A stretch of DNA of 64,000 nucleotides from Candidatus Peribacteria bacterium (GCA_016866875.1 VGKY01000002.1:31688-95687); one strand, 5' to 3'. Shown: positions 39,326 to 50,082, counted from the stretch's first letter. Notes: generated by a model from the letters alone, not told the origin. Made by a program: numbers and translations.

Positions 39326-39796
39326 GAATCATGTCTACGTGCGAGAAAGGGTCAGCTTATAATAAGACTGGGTATTTTTTGGCTGATGGATGCCAACTCT
39401 TTTTCAGTCCGAGGATGATAGTTCGGGATGAACATGCGAATGACCTCCACGTACCTTTTGCCGAGATTACCGTGTTCCCTGTGGTAGGATTGTAGGCGTT
39501 CGAGTTGGGCTGCTACTGCCCGACCATCGTCAGTTTTCTCCCGTTTCGCCCACTCCTCAGTCGACTCTCAGAGAAAACGGCAGCAAAATGTATGCTGGAA
39601 ATGTTTCCATAAAATATTTCCGCGTTAAGACAATGTGTTATTATAAAACATTTCTGTTCGCTTTGTGACCAACCATACCGCGAAAATCGAGAAAATGGCG
39701 AAAGAAGAGAACGCTCTCTTTGTGCAAATTTTAGGCCATTTCGGCAATTTTGCTGTAATTTGAACCGAGCGAATACAAGTTTAGTTCACCTGCATC

Positions 39797-39824
39797 TAGA
39801 CAATACATTGAGTATCAGTACACT
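39797..39824 (+). promoter_or_regulatory. sigma70-like promoter
   Basis: TAGACA-16-TACACT. Confidence 0.5.
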
Positions 39825-39850
39825 GCCGCACTCCCCTTCGGGAGGCTACT

Positions 39851-39967
39851 ATGAAGATCGTGGAGCTCATGCTTCGCAAAGCTTCACTGGAGCCCGTGGC
39901 GACCCACGTGCTGCTCATCACCCTCCTCTCTGTCGTCTTGGTGGTGAGCCTCCCTGCGCATCCGTAA
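39851..39967 (+). CDS. 38-aa hydrophobic peptide (type I toxin-like or leader peptide)
   Basis: MKIVELMLRKASLEPVATHVLLITLLSVVLVVSLPAHP; GGAGG SD 5 nt upstream, inside the CTCCC/GGGAG hairpin. Confidence 0.6.
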   Translation: MKIVELMLRKASLEPVATHVLLITLLSVVLVVSLPAHP

Positions 39968-40311
39968 GGGGGTCTAGTGAACAACACGGCAGAAATCTCC
40001 GCCTCAAGCGGAGATACACACACCTTCCCCCGTCTCGAAAGAGACCACCGGACAGTGGGGGTGTTGAACCGTGTGTGGTTTTCCGGAGCCCATCCAATGG
40101 CGAATCGGAAGAGAACGTGTATGCCGCATCATGGTATAGACGAAAAGCAATGCTTGCAGCGGGAGCAGACCGAGCCTAGTCTTACATCGTGATTGGCGCT
40201 TACATCCTCTTCTGCTCCCCCTCCTCCTCCTGCTCTTCGAGCCTGTGGGTGGGTTGCGCGTAGCAGAAAAGGATCCGCGCATACTCCACCCGCACGGAGC
40301 GGGTTCTTTTT
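39968..40311 (+). ncRNA. unclassified highly structured RNA ending in a terminator
   Basis: Consecutive helices (CTCCGC/GCGGAG, GTCTC-GAAA-GAGAC, TTCCG/CGGAA, GGGAGCAGA/TCTGCTCCC), then ACCCGC/GCGGGT + U-tract at 40288-40311. Confidence 0.5.
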
Positions 40312-40335
40312 ATTCGCCATACTTCCTCCCCACCC

Positions 40336-40590
40336 ATGCAACCACACTCTCCAAAACAATACCATCCCCAAAGCATCCCAAGGCTGCAGAAATGGCTCAA
40401 GGGCTTCGATCGCTACAGCGAACCGAGTGTCGACGCGCAACGAGCGATCGGCGGATTTCGCGAGGAACTTGTGAGAGCGCTCAGCACCAACCCTCAAGAT
40501 CACGCGGTCATCTCTCACATGCTCAGCGAACTTCTGCGGGAAGAGCAGCGCATCATGGGTACGACAACTACCTCCGCTTCGTCGGCTTGA
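40336..40590 (+). CDS. hypothetical protein
   Basis: 84-aa helical ORF directly after the terminator. Confidence 0.5.
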   Translation: MQPHSPKQYHPQSIPRLQKWLKGFDRYSEPSVDAQRAIGGFREELVRALSTNPQDHAVISHMLSELLREEQRIMGTTTTSASSA

Positions 40591-41083
40591 GCGTTGCGGT
40601 TGCTACGATGTGTGTAGACGCCTCGGTGTTGCCGTCGTCCTTCTCGAGGGTGACGCGCACATCGAGGTACCTGCGTAGATCCTCTGAAGACTCGAGCTTG
40701 AACCCATGGCGCGCGTCGCCGAAGTGATTGACGAGGTGACCTGCAGAGACGCCTTGCTGAGTCTCGAGATCACGGATCCAGACTTCATAGAACGTTCCCT
40801 CCTTCGCCGGCTCCACATTGACTTGGCCCGTGACGATCGTCGCACCGTCTTCAAACACATGACTGGTGACAACCCCGTTGGCGGGAGTCCACTGATTTCC
40901 TGCGACAGCGCCATAGGCAAACCACTTCTCTTCACCATGCCCCGGGACCTCCACTCTGCCGTTGACGGGCATGATCTGCTCGAGGGACTGACCGCCGATG
41001 GGAGGGTCTTCGATGGTCGTGGTCTCAGGGCCACAGGCGACAAGGGAGAGTCCGAGGACGAAAACGATAGGCAATGTCTTCAT
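40568..41083 (-). CDS. lipoprotein with anti-sigma (RskA C-terminal)-like domain
   Basis: LVACG; P..GTFYEVW, SAGHL, VTLEKDDGN. Confidence 0.7.
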   Translation of the reverse strand: MKTLPIVFVLGLSLVACGPETTTIEDPPIGGQSLEQIMPVNGRVEVPGHGEEKWFAYGAVAGNQWTPANGVVTSHVFEDGATIVTGQVNVEPAKEGTFYEVWIRDLETQQGVSAGHLVNHFGDARHGFKLESSEDLRRYLDVRVTLEKDDGNTEASTHIVATATLKPTKRR

Positions 41084-41143
41084 AGGGGTCTAAGGGTAGA
41101 CAGATTTTCCCTGGCAGAAAAGGGGGGAACCCAAGAAAGACGA

Positions 41144-43147
41144 TCACCAGAGATACCCCGGAGGCCTGCTACGCGCGAGCAGTCGCTCGCGGCGCATAGC
41201 GAAATCCGCGCGGGCAGCGAGAACATCGTAGCGCGGCGCATCCTTGGGATACTCGTCTTTCAGAAGTGCCGTGAGTGCAATGGCATCCTCAGCATTGTGG
41301 GAGAGGGCGATGAAGTGCGCATTGCGCGTGATGGCTTCGACGAAGGCCTGAAGGAGCGCATCGATCTCGGGCTTGAGCGCGAAGAGTTCCTCGGTGTGGC
41401 CGCCGATGCGCAACGCTTCGGCCAGAGCATAGGTGATGCTGAGGTCATTCCAGCGACCGCGATGGTAGGCCTCGGTGTAGGCATCCCGTGCCTCATCCAG
41501 ATCACCGCGCAGCATCGCCGCGTCACCGCGCAGGCGCCAACCACGAGGATCCTCTGCATTCACGAGCGCATAGCGACGTACCGAGTCTTCTGCACGAAGG
41601 GTGTCGTCACTGAGCGTCGCAAGCAGTGCGCGGCTGAGGAGGAGATCGCGGCTGAACCACTCCGAGAGACTGCGGTCATACCATCGCAGTGCAACCGCAT
41701 GATCGCTACGCACTTCAGCGTGGCGACCGAGAGACGACGTGACGAGATACCCTCCCTCTCTCAAGGCAACGAGAAGGAGGATAATAGCTATAGATAAATC
41801 TAATAATTGAACACTTTTTTTACTCGTACTTGTCGCGCTGAGCGTGGTTGATGGCGCGAGCTTCAGAGGGGGCATCGATCGGTGTGCGAGTAATCCCAAA
41901 GCAATCCAGAAAGGCAGGGCTATGCCGACGAATTGGAGATTGTAATCGATGAGGTTATGGGCGAGGACACCGAGGATGACGACGGCGAGGAGGCAAGTCC
42001 GTTGGTCCACCGCTCCTGCGGAATTGTGCCGATACCTAAACAACGCGAACACCGACCTGCCGGTGGGCAAGAGAACAATCACGAACATCGCAACGAGCAA
42101 CAGAGCCGCCGCCACCCCGCGCTCGACGGCGATCTTCAGGAAAAGATTGTGCGGATGATCAGAGGTTTGGAGCACCCCAGTCTGCAGCTTCTGATGCACG
42201 AAGCGGAAACTATACGGCCCCCATCCAAGCACGGGACGTTCAGCAGAGAGATGCAGCGACTGGCTCCAAAACGCCTTACGTTCGCTCACCGAGGAAGCAC
42301 CCTCGTCCGCCGTAAAGGTCACCTTCTCCGCAACGCTCTCTACGGGGTGAAACTGTGCGCGCAGCGCATTGACCCCGAAAAACATGCTAGAAGCAATGAG
42401 GACGGTCAGAGCGACCATGCACGCATCGGATTGTGTATATCGCCGTTGCTGACCTCTCCTGCACCATGCAAGCAACGCCAACTGTCCCACGCAGGCAATG
42501 AGCGCTCCACGGGAGTAGCTCAGGAGCAAGGCTCCGAAGAGCAAGCCCAAAAGAACGGGAATCGTCCGCCTCGCCCTCCCTGCCGCATCCAAAGCAAGCA
42601 GGAGAATCATCGGCCAGCTAAGGAGCAGGTACTGCGCCCATGCATTGGGCCAGTAGTCCGTGTGAAAACGGTAATCGAAGAAGCTCCCCACGAAGCGGTT
42701 CACGGGCTGCAGAGCATAGACGAGTACCCCGAGGAGGACGGCGAGGAGAGCGGCAAGGACGACGCAGAAGGCAAACCTCCGAATGAAGGCGGCATCGGGA
42801 GAACGCCTCACATAGCGCATCGTCCACAGGAAGATGAGGACGAGGGCACCATCACGGAGCAACTCATCGAGGCCATAGTTTTTCGTGGAAGACGTGAGGT
42901 AACTACCCAACGTCCAGACGAGAAATCCAAACGCACAGATGCGAAGCCCCTTGTCAGACGCCTGCATAGAGCCGGTGGGACGAAGATGCTGCGCACGTAC
43001 CTCGATAACGAGCAAAGCAGCGGCAAGGGCGACGAGCATCCACGTGACCTCAAGGCTTTTTCCCCCCCGGAGCAAAGTAGCAAGCAACAGGAAACCGAGC
43101 AGAACATGCTCACTGAGCGGGGCACGCGAAAGGGATCGCGAAAGCAT
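41144..43147 (-). CDS. O-antigen ligase (Wzy_C) family protein with C-terminal TPRs
   Basis: SYSRGA, ER..FW, PVLGWGPYSF, HPHNLFL..AVERG, HNLIDYNL. Confidence 0.88.
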   Translation of the reverse strand: MLSRSLSRAPLSEHVLLGFLLLATLLRGGKSLEVTWMLVALAAALLVIEVRAQHLRPTGSMQASDKGLRICAFGFLVWTLGSYLTSSTKNYGLDELLRDGALVLIFLWTMRYVRRSPDAAFIRRFAFCVVLAALLAVLLGVLVYALQPVNRFVGSFFDYRFHTDYWPNAWAQYLLLSWPMILLLALDAAGRARRTIPVLLGLLFGALLLSYSRGALIACVGQLALLAWCRRGQQRRYTQSDACMVALTVLIASSMFFGVNALRAQFHPVESVAEKVTFTADEGASSVSERKAFWSQSLHLSAERPVLGWGPYSFRFVHQKLQTGVLQTSDHPHNLFLKIAVERGVAAALLLVAMFVIVLLPTGRSVFALFRYRHNSAGAVDQRTCLLAVVILGVLAHNLIDYNLQFVGIALPFWIALGLLAHRSMPPLKLAPSTTLSATSTSKKSVQLLDLSIAIILLLVALREGGYLVTSSLGRHAEVRSDHAVALRWYDRSLSEWFSRDLLLSRALLATLSDDTLRAEDSVRRYALVNAEDPRGWRLRGDAAMLRGDLDEARDAYTEAYHRGRWNDLSITYALAEALRIGGHTEELFALKPEIDALLQAFVEAITRNAHFIALSHNAEDAIALTALLKDEYPKDAPRYDVLAARADFAMRRERLLARSRPPGYLW

Positions 43148-43236
43148 CGAGCGCAGTATGCAGGAGGATACTGAGAAGCAGAAGAGGCCGTGGGATCTTT
43201 TTGCAGAATGGGCTTTGTGCTAGAATACTTCGAAAC

Positions 43237-43623
43237 ATGCACATCGCCCCCGAGTCACCACAGCATACCGAACGCGTCTTAGCTCTGCAGATGATCTTCC
43301 TGGGTCTCTCGGTGCTCCTCGGACTCGTCGTCCTGATCCAGTTCGGATCCCCAAGCCACCGCATGAATGCGGACGGGGTCTACTCCACCGCTCCGAGCTA
43401 CGGCGTTCCACGCTATCCTCGTCCGATTGAGGAGTACATTGAAGAGGATGATAACGATCACGAGGGAGGGTCTGCATCATCGGTGAGAAGCAGTGCATCA
43501 AGTGCAAGTGCACGGAGCACCGAGTATAACCGCAAGACCCGCCGTGCACGGGGGGGACTGCGCGCCCGCGTCTCAGGCGGCGATGAAGACAGAGCATTCG
43601 CTCCGGGGTGGTTCAGGCGATAG
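43237..43623 (+). CDS. hypothetical single-TM protein
   Basis: TM followed by an acidic/Ser/Arg-rich tail; TAGAAT upstream. Confidence 0.55.
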   Translation: MHIAPESPQHTERVLALQMIFLGLSVLLGLVVLIQFGSPSHRMNADGVYSTAPSYGVPRYPRPIEEYIEEDDNDHEGGSASSVRSSASSASARSTEYNRKTRRARGGLRARVSGGDEDRAFAPGWFRR

Positions 43624-43637
43624 GCTCGTACGATCAA

Positions 43638-43770
43638 TCCCTGCCGTCCACCTCAGCGGTTTCGATGTGTGCGGTGTCGGGCAAGAGGAGCATCGCAAGG
43701 TCCGCGAGGCGTTCACTTCCTGCGATGCTCCAGATCAACAACAAGCCTTTCGCTCGGCACGGCAGAGGGA
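43638..43770. ncRNA. rod-shaped structured RNA candidate (6S-like architecture)
   Basis: Closing stem CTGCCGT/ACGGCAG, central bubble, 11-bp apical stem GGAGCATCGCA/TGCGATGCTCC. Confidence 0.3.
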
Positions 43771-43792
43771 ATGTGATAAGGTTGTGGTGCTT

Positions 43793-43879
43793 GCCGACGT
43801 GGCGGAATTGGTAGACGCGCACGCTTCAGGAGCGTGTGGGAGTAATCCTGTGAGAGTTCGAGTCTCTCCGTCGGCACCA
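43793..43879 (+). tRNA. tRNA-Leu(CAG)
   Basis: GCCGACG...CACGC-TT-CAG-GA-GCGTG, long variable arm, GTTCGAGTC, CGTCGGC-A-CCA. Confidence 0.97.
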
Positions 43880-43956
43880 TTCGATTCGGCGCTTCGCGCC
43901 TCACTCATGGTCCTCGGCCATCGGCCTCGGGCCATTCAACATGCCGAATCGAATGA
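43878..43956. repeat. palindromic element abutting the tRNA-Leu 3' end
   Basis: CATTCGATTCGGC ... GCCGAATCGAATG arms with internal hairpins. Confidence 0.6.
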
Positions 43957-44120
43957 CAGTGAGCGAGGCCGCAGCCGAGTCCAACTGCCCAAAATCCATG
44001 CATCATCACCTTTGACAAATATGCGATTTGTACAGATTGATAGAGCTCACCTTCACGCTGTGAACGTGGCAATTCGCTCGTTCACAGGATTGGCAGTTTG
44101 ATGTAGGCGAGGATTATCAT

Positions 44121-44552
44121 GTGCGTATGCACGTGCCGCATCTGGGAAAAAAGTTACGGGTGTTAGCAGCAACGCTAACCGTCATGCTCCTGGCGGGCAT
44201 CGCTGCAGGCTTACGCGCTCGATCCGCAGGCGCGTCACAGATTGAATTCTTCGACGTGGAGCAACGAGACTTCGTAGCGGAGTCTCACAACATCCGTCGT
44301 ATGGAAGTATGGCTCGTGCCCCAGGGCGCGCAAAGTGAAACGCAGTGGAAGACCCTTGGCCTGATGAAGGGCAGATCGCACTGGTTTTCCTGGGCAGCTT
44401 GGACGCTGCCTATCCCCGAAAAGCCACTCGATGTGCTGCAGATCATGGTACGAGGGTACGATAAAACCGGAACGGAAGTGGACAGAGTGTCGCTTCCCTG
44501 GCTTGGACCGGAAACACTGAAGAGAGAGGTCTGGGGAATGGAAATCAATTAG
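44121..44552 (+). CDS. hypothetical exported protein
   Basis: N-terminal TM/signal followed by a beta-rich domain. Confidence 0.6.
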   Translation: MRMHVPHLGKKLRVLAATLTVMLLAGIAAGLRARSAGASQIEFFDVEQRDFVAESHNIRRMEVWLVPQGAQSETQWKTLGLMKGRSHWFSWAAWTLPIPEKPLDVLQIMVRGYDKTGTEVDRVSLPWLGPETLKREVWGMEIN

Positions 44553-44644
44553 TGGAGCGTGTCACGCTGAGCGTAGTCGAAGCGCGACACGAAAAATGTT
44601 ATGTCCCTCGACTACGCTCGGGATGACACATTTTACTTCATTAT

Positions 44645-46264
44645 TCATTCATCATTATTCATTCTTAATTCCTCTAGGGCTCTCTTCGCATCCACCTCCA
44701 GCGGACTACTCTCCACAGCTCGTTCATAGGCCTGCCGAGCAAGGTCCTTTTTTCCCTGTGCACGCAAAATCTGCCCGACGTTGTACCACGTTGTCGCATC
44801 ATCGCGGATCTGGAGTGCCTTGGTGTACGCACGCAATCCTTCATGCAAGTTGCCGCGTCGCACCTCGTCTGTGCCGATGTTGCTCCAGGCTACGTAGGAA
44901 TGCGGTTGCACATGGGCAACGTGGGAAAAGAGCGTGTGTGTGTCCTTCCAAAATAATGATTGACGGTAGGAAAGGTTGGAGAAGACGAAGAGAACGAAAA
45001 AGACGCAGAGGGACAAAAGCTTCGGGAATCGGTCGGCAGCATTCGCAATCATCCAACCGACAACCAGCAACAAACCGATCGAAGGAAGATAGGCATAGCG
45101 ATCGGACGTGATGTAGATATCCAATAGTTCATTGTGACCTTTGGTGATGTTGGAGAATGACGGCGCAAGGAACAGCAAGAACCACCCCCATGCAAAAAGA
45201 GGCAACCGCACTCCCCTTCTTACTGCGAGCCAGAGAGCGAACACCGAGACGCAGAGGACGAAAAGGACGGAGAAGAGTAGTTCCGGCGAGAAGAGAGAAA
45301 TGGGTTTCGTAAAAGGGTAGAGCGCAGACAAGCCTGTAGGCCAGAAGAACTTCTGGAGAAGCAGGGTGACTGCGCGGCAACCCATCAGGAATTTTTCCAA
45401 GAGGAATCCCGTGTTGGCGATTTTTCCTCCAAGCGCGACTATGCCGAAGATGATGGAAAGGATGAAAAAGGGCACAGCCCTCAATAATGACAACTGCGTT
45501 GTCATCCTGAGCGTAGTCGAAGGAGACAATGCAGGACGTGCCATGGTTCGACTACGCTCACCATGACTCTCATGCTGCACTGCAGCATTTCCCTGGTACC
45601 AATCCATGAGTACCATCAATACCGGCCACGTGAGAACGGAGACCTTGGAGAGAAGTGCGAGGAGAAACATCCCAACACTTGCCCAGTACCATCTTCTCCC
45701 TGTGCCATCCCGAGCGTAGTCGAGGGATGTTTCATGCAAAGAGGCTTCGACTACGCTCAGCCTGACTCGCGATTTCATATACAAAAGCATCGTCCACAGA
45801 AAGAAGAACACCGAGAGCACATCCTTTCTCGCAGCAGCCCACACGACTGCTTCCGTGTGAAGAGGATGCAGTGCAAAGATTAGGCTCGTGAAAATACTGC
45901 AGAATGAAGAATGAAGAATGAAGAATTGTTCTCCAGTCTTCTGTAGCAGCTTTTGCACGATCATCCCCACCATTACCGCATTGGCAATGTGCAACAGAAG
46001 ATTCCCAAGGTGATACCCAAACGGCTCCAATCCTCCTACGACGTAATTGATCTGATAACTGACAAAAGTGAGCGGGATATAGAGCTCCGGATCGTACGAT
46101 GTAAATGCAAGCCAGAGATTGTGAAAAGAAAGTCCGCGAATGATCGGATTTTCCGTAATCAGCAGTCCGTCATCCCACGTCACAAAACCATTGCCAAGCG
46201 ACTGGGCATAGAGAGCGATCGGCAACAACATGCATAAGCCAAGGACAGCATGACGACGAAGCAT
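44645..46264 (-). CDS. TMTC-like membrane glycosyltransferase with TPR
   Basis: FVTWDD...NP, Y.PLTF.SY, YHLGNLLLH, FALHPLHTEAVVW.AARKD, DRYAYLP, TPRs; two in-frame palindromes. ORF is open to 46399. Confidence 0.85.
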   Translation of the reverse strand: MLRRHAVLGLCMLLPIALYAQSLGNGFVTWDDGLLITENPIIRGLSFHNLWLAFTSYDPELYIPLTFVSYQINYVVGGLEPFGYHLGNLLLHIANAVMVGMIVQKLLQKTGEQFFILHSSFCSIFTSLIFALHPLHTEAVVWAAARKDVLSVFFFLWTMLLYMKSRVRLSVVEASLHETSLDYARDGTGRRWYWASVGMFLLALLSKVSVLTWPVLMVLMDWYQGNAAVQHESHGERSRTMARPALSPSTTLRMTTQLSLLRAVPFFILSIIFGIVALGGKIANTGFLLEKFLMGCRAVTLLLQKFFWPTGLSALYPFTKPISLFSPELLFSVLFVLCVSVFALWLAVRRGVRLPLFAWGWFLLFLAPSFSNITKGHNELLDIYITSDRYAYLPSIGLLLVVGWMIANAADRFPKLLSLCVFFVLFVFSNLSYRQSLFWKDTHTLFSHVAHVQPHSYVAWSNIGTDEVRRGNLHEGLRAYTKALQIRDDATTWYNVGQILRAQGKKDLARQAYERAVESSPLEVDAKRALEELRMNNDE

Positions 46265-46425
46265 CCTCAATACTCTATAAGTAGGTGGGGCTCCGCCGCC
46301 ACGGGGGGTGTTGCGGCAAGCGGAGGAGCTTTGGAGGCGGTGCGTTTTTCTTTCTCCACTTTCTTTTGTCGGGGAGACAAAAGAAAGTGGAATCTGCAAT
46401 AAGCAGCAACCCTTGTACCTAACTC

Positions 46426-46465
46426 TTGACGCCAGAAATTAGCACTCTATAATTCCGACTGCTAA
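46426..46465 (+). promoter_or_regulatory. groESL promoter with CIRCE (HrcA operator)
   Basis: TTGACG-16-TATAAT; TTAGCACTC-N9-GACTGCTAA at 46439-46465, one mismatch from consensus. Confidence 0.9.
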
Positions 46466-46533
46466 CGCAGGTATATACCCTGCGCCACGGCATTTTCCAT
46501 CGCTTTCTCTACTTCCCTTCCCTTACTACACCT

Positions 46534-46866
46534 ATGGCAAAAGATGATGTGCAGCTTGCCACGCATTTAGAACCCATCGGCGACCGCGTGGTGGTCCGCC
46601 CCCTTGAAAAGGAACAGGTCACGGCCTCGGGTATCGTGATCCCCGATACGGCTTCCGGCGAGAAGCCTCAAGAAGGCGTGGTGATCGCCCTCGGGAAGGG
46701 CGGCGTGGGCAAGGACTGCTCGAACCCCAAAGACTTCCTCAAAGTCGGCGACAAAGTGCTCTTTGGCAAGTACGCCGGCGACGACGTGAAGCTCAAAGAC
46801 AAGTCCGGCAAGGACATCGAAGTGAAGATCCTTCATCTCGACTCTGTCCTCGCCATCGTAAAATAA
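46534..46866 (+). CDS. groES: co-chaperonin GroES
   Basis: EPIGDRVVV, TASGIVIPDTA, KVGDKVLFGKYAG. Confidence 0.98.
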   Translation: MAKDDVQLATHLEPIGDRVVVRPLEKEQVTASGIVIPDTASGEKPQEGVVIALGKGGVGKDCSNPKDFLKVGDKVLFGKYAGDDVKLKDKSGKDIEVKILHLDSVLAIVK

Positions 46867-46887
46867 TTCTTCACTCTTCATTCATAA

Positions 46888-48534
<1,647 letters not shown>

Positions 48535-48554
48535 ATGCCCATACAATCGATTCT

Positions 48555-48582
48555 GCAGCGGAGGTTCATGAACCTCCGCTGC
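48555..48582. repeat. perfect 28-bp palindrome (also likely the groEL terminator)
   Basis: GCAGCGGAGGTTCA/TGAACCTCCGCTGC; near-identical copy inside mnmA at 58872-58909. Confidence 0.75.
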
Positions 48583-48632
48583 GGTTTCTGTAAAGATGCC
48601 CCTCGTGCATCCACAACTGCTACAATTTTTGC

Positions 48633-49205
48633 ATGCCTCTCATCGTCCTCGAAGGCCCCGACGGCGCAGGAACCACAAAGCACAGCAAGCTTCTTGCTGA
48701 GCGCCTGAAGCAGGAGGGACACGATGTCGTGCTCACGGCCGAGCCAACGGACGGGCCGATTGGCACGCAGATCCGCACGATGCTCAAGGGTGATCGCCTC
48801 CCGGATCCCAAGGCAGTACAGCTGCTCTTCTGCGCCGACCGCGCCGATCACGTTGCAGGGGTGATCCTGCCCGCACTCGCTGCAGGAAAAACGGTCATCA
48901 CCGACCGCTATACGCTCTCGACGATCGTCTACGGCGCGGCACAAGGACTCGACGCTTCGTGGCTGCTCGCCATCAATGATGCATTTCCAAGGCCCGATCA
49001 GACCTTTCTCCTGCTCCCTCCCTACAAAGTCTGCGCGAAGCGCGTTTGGAGACGTGCAGCGAAGGATCAGTTTGAAGTCGATGCCTTTCAGAGAAAAGTC
49101 TACGGTCTCTACGAACAAGCATGTCAGCCGGATGTCCTGAGGATCGATTCCTCAGGAAAAATGGAGGAAGTTGCGGAGAAGATCTGGATGATGACTAGAA
49201 GCTGA
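48633..49205 (+). CDS. tmk: thymidylate kinase
   Basis: LEGPDGAGTT, EP, LLFCADR, TDRY..ST.VY. Confidence 0.95.
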   Translation: MPLIVLEGPDGAGTTKHSKLLAERLKQEGHDVVLTAEPTDGPIGTQIRTMLKGDRLPDPKAVQLLFCADRADHVAGVILPALAAGKTVITDRYTLSTIVYGAAQGLDASWLLAINDAFPRPDQTFLLLPPYKVCAKRVWRRAAKDQFEVDAFQRKVYGLYEQACQPDVLRIDSSGKMEEVAEKIWMMTRS

Positions 49206-49230
49206 AAGCTGAAAGCTCTACGCTATATCC

Positions 49231-50082
49231 ATGTCCGCCCTCCTCCTCTCCGGCCGCGAGGCAGCTGCAGCGATACTCGCCGACTTGAAACCAAAGATTG
49301 CACATCTCGACCCCAAGCTCGTTGTCGTGCAAGTGGGAGATGATCCGGGAAGCTCAAGCTACATCCTGCAGAAGATGAAGAGCTGTGCCGAGGTTGGGAT
49401 GCGCTCCGAGCACCGACACCTTCCAAAAGCAGTGACGCTCGAGGAGCTGCTTGCGGAAATCGATCGACTCAATGCCGATGCCGATGTGACGGGCTTCATC
49501 ATCCAGCTCCCCCTGCCAGCCCACCTCCAATCGCACGTCCCAAGTATCATTCGAGCAATCGATCCCAAGAAAGACGTCGATGGATTTGGGGCCTACAACC
49601 TCGGAAAGATGTTCCTCTCAACGGAATTCGAGCACCTTCCTCCGGCAACCCCGGCAGGCATCGTCATGCTTCTTGAGCACTTCGAGATTCCCGTTGCAGG
49701 CAAGCACGCCGTGATCGTCGGAAGGAGCAACATCGTAGGAAAACCCCTTTCGATGATGCTCCTCAATCGCGATGCAACCGTCAGCGTCTGCCATAGCAAG
49801 ACCAAGCAGCTCGCTTCCATCACCAAGCAGGGCGATATCCTCATTGCTGCTGTCGGCAAACCCGGGATGATCACGGCAGACATGGTGAAGCGCGGGGCAG
49901 TGGTGATCGACGTAGGCACAAACCGTGTCGGCGGAAAGCTTGTTGGGGACGTGGACTTCGATGGCGTACAGGACGTGGCATCGGCGATTACCCCCGTACC
50001 GGGAGGGGTAGGACCGATGACCGTTTGTTCTTTGATCAAAAATTGTGTTCAAGCAAAGCAGCGGCAGCTCGCAAAGATCTGA
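49231..50082 (+). CDS. folD: methylenetetrahydrofolate dehydrogenase/cyclohydrolase
   Basis: QLPLP, KDVDG, GRSNIVGKP, TPVPGGVGPMT. Confidence 0.98.
   Translation: MSALLLSGREAAAAILADLKPKIAHLDPKLVVVQVGDDPGSSSYILQKMKSCAEVGMRSEHRHLPKAVTLEELLAEIDRLNADADVTGFIIQLPLPAHLQSHVPSIIRAIDPKKDVDGFGAYNLGKMFLSTEFEHLPPATPAGIVMLLEHFEIPVAGKHAVIVGRSNIVGKPLSMMLLNRDATVSVCHSKTKQLASITKQGDILIAAVGKPGMITADMVKRGAVVIDVGTNRVGGKLVGDVDFDGVQDVASAITPVPGGVGPMTVCSLIKNCVQAKQRQLAKI

Larger units (their letters stand above)
30402..39526. mobile_element. genomic island / decayed integrative element at tRNA-Pro
   Basis: Visibly AT-richer DNA, tyrosine recombinase, excisionase-like HTH, terminase-small-like remnant; CCCGACCA (tRNA 3' end) recurs at 39519-39526. 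Right boundary is tentative. Confidence 0.65.

Noticed and set aside
39968..40311. tmRNA, RNase P RNA, SRP RNA or T-box
   Set aside because: It lacks a T-arm/CCA end and tag ORF, GAGGAAAGTCC, the CAGG..GNRA..AGCAG motif and the UGGNACC bulge.
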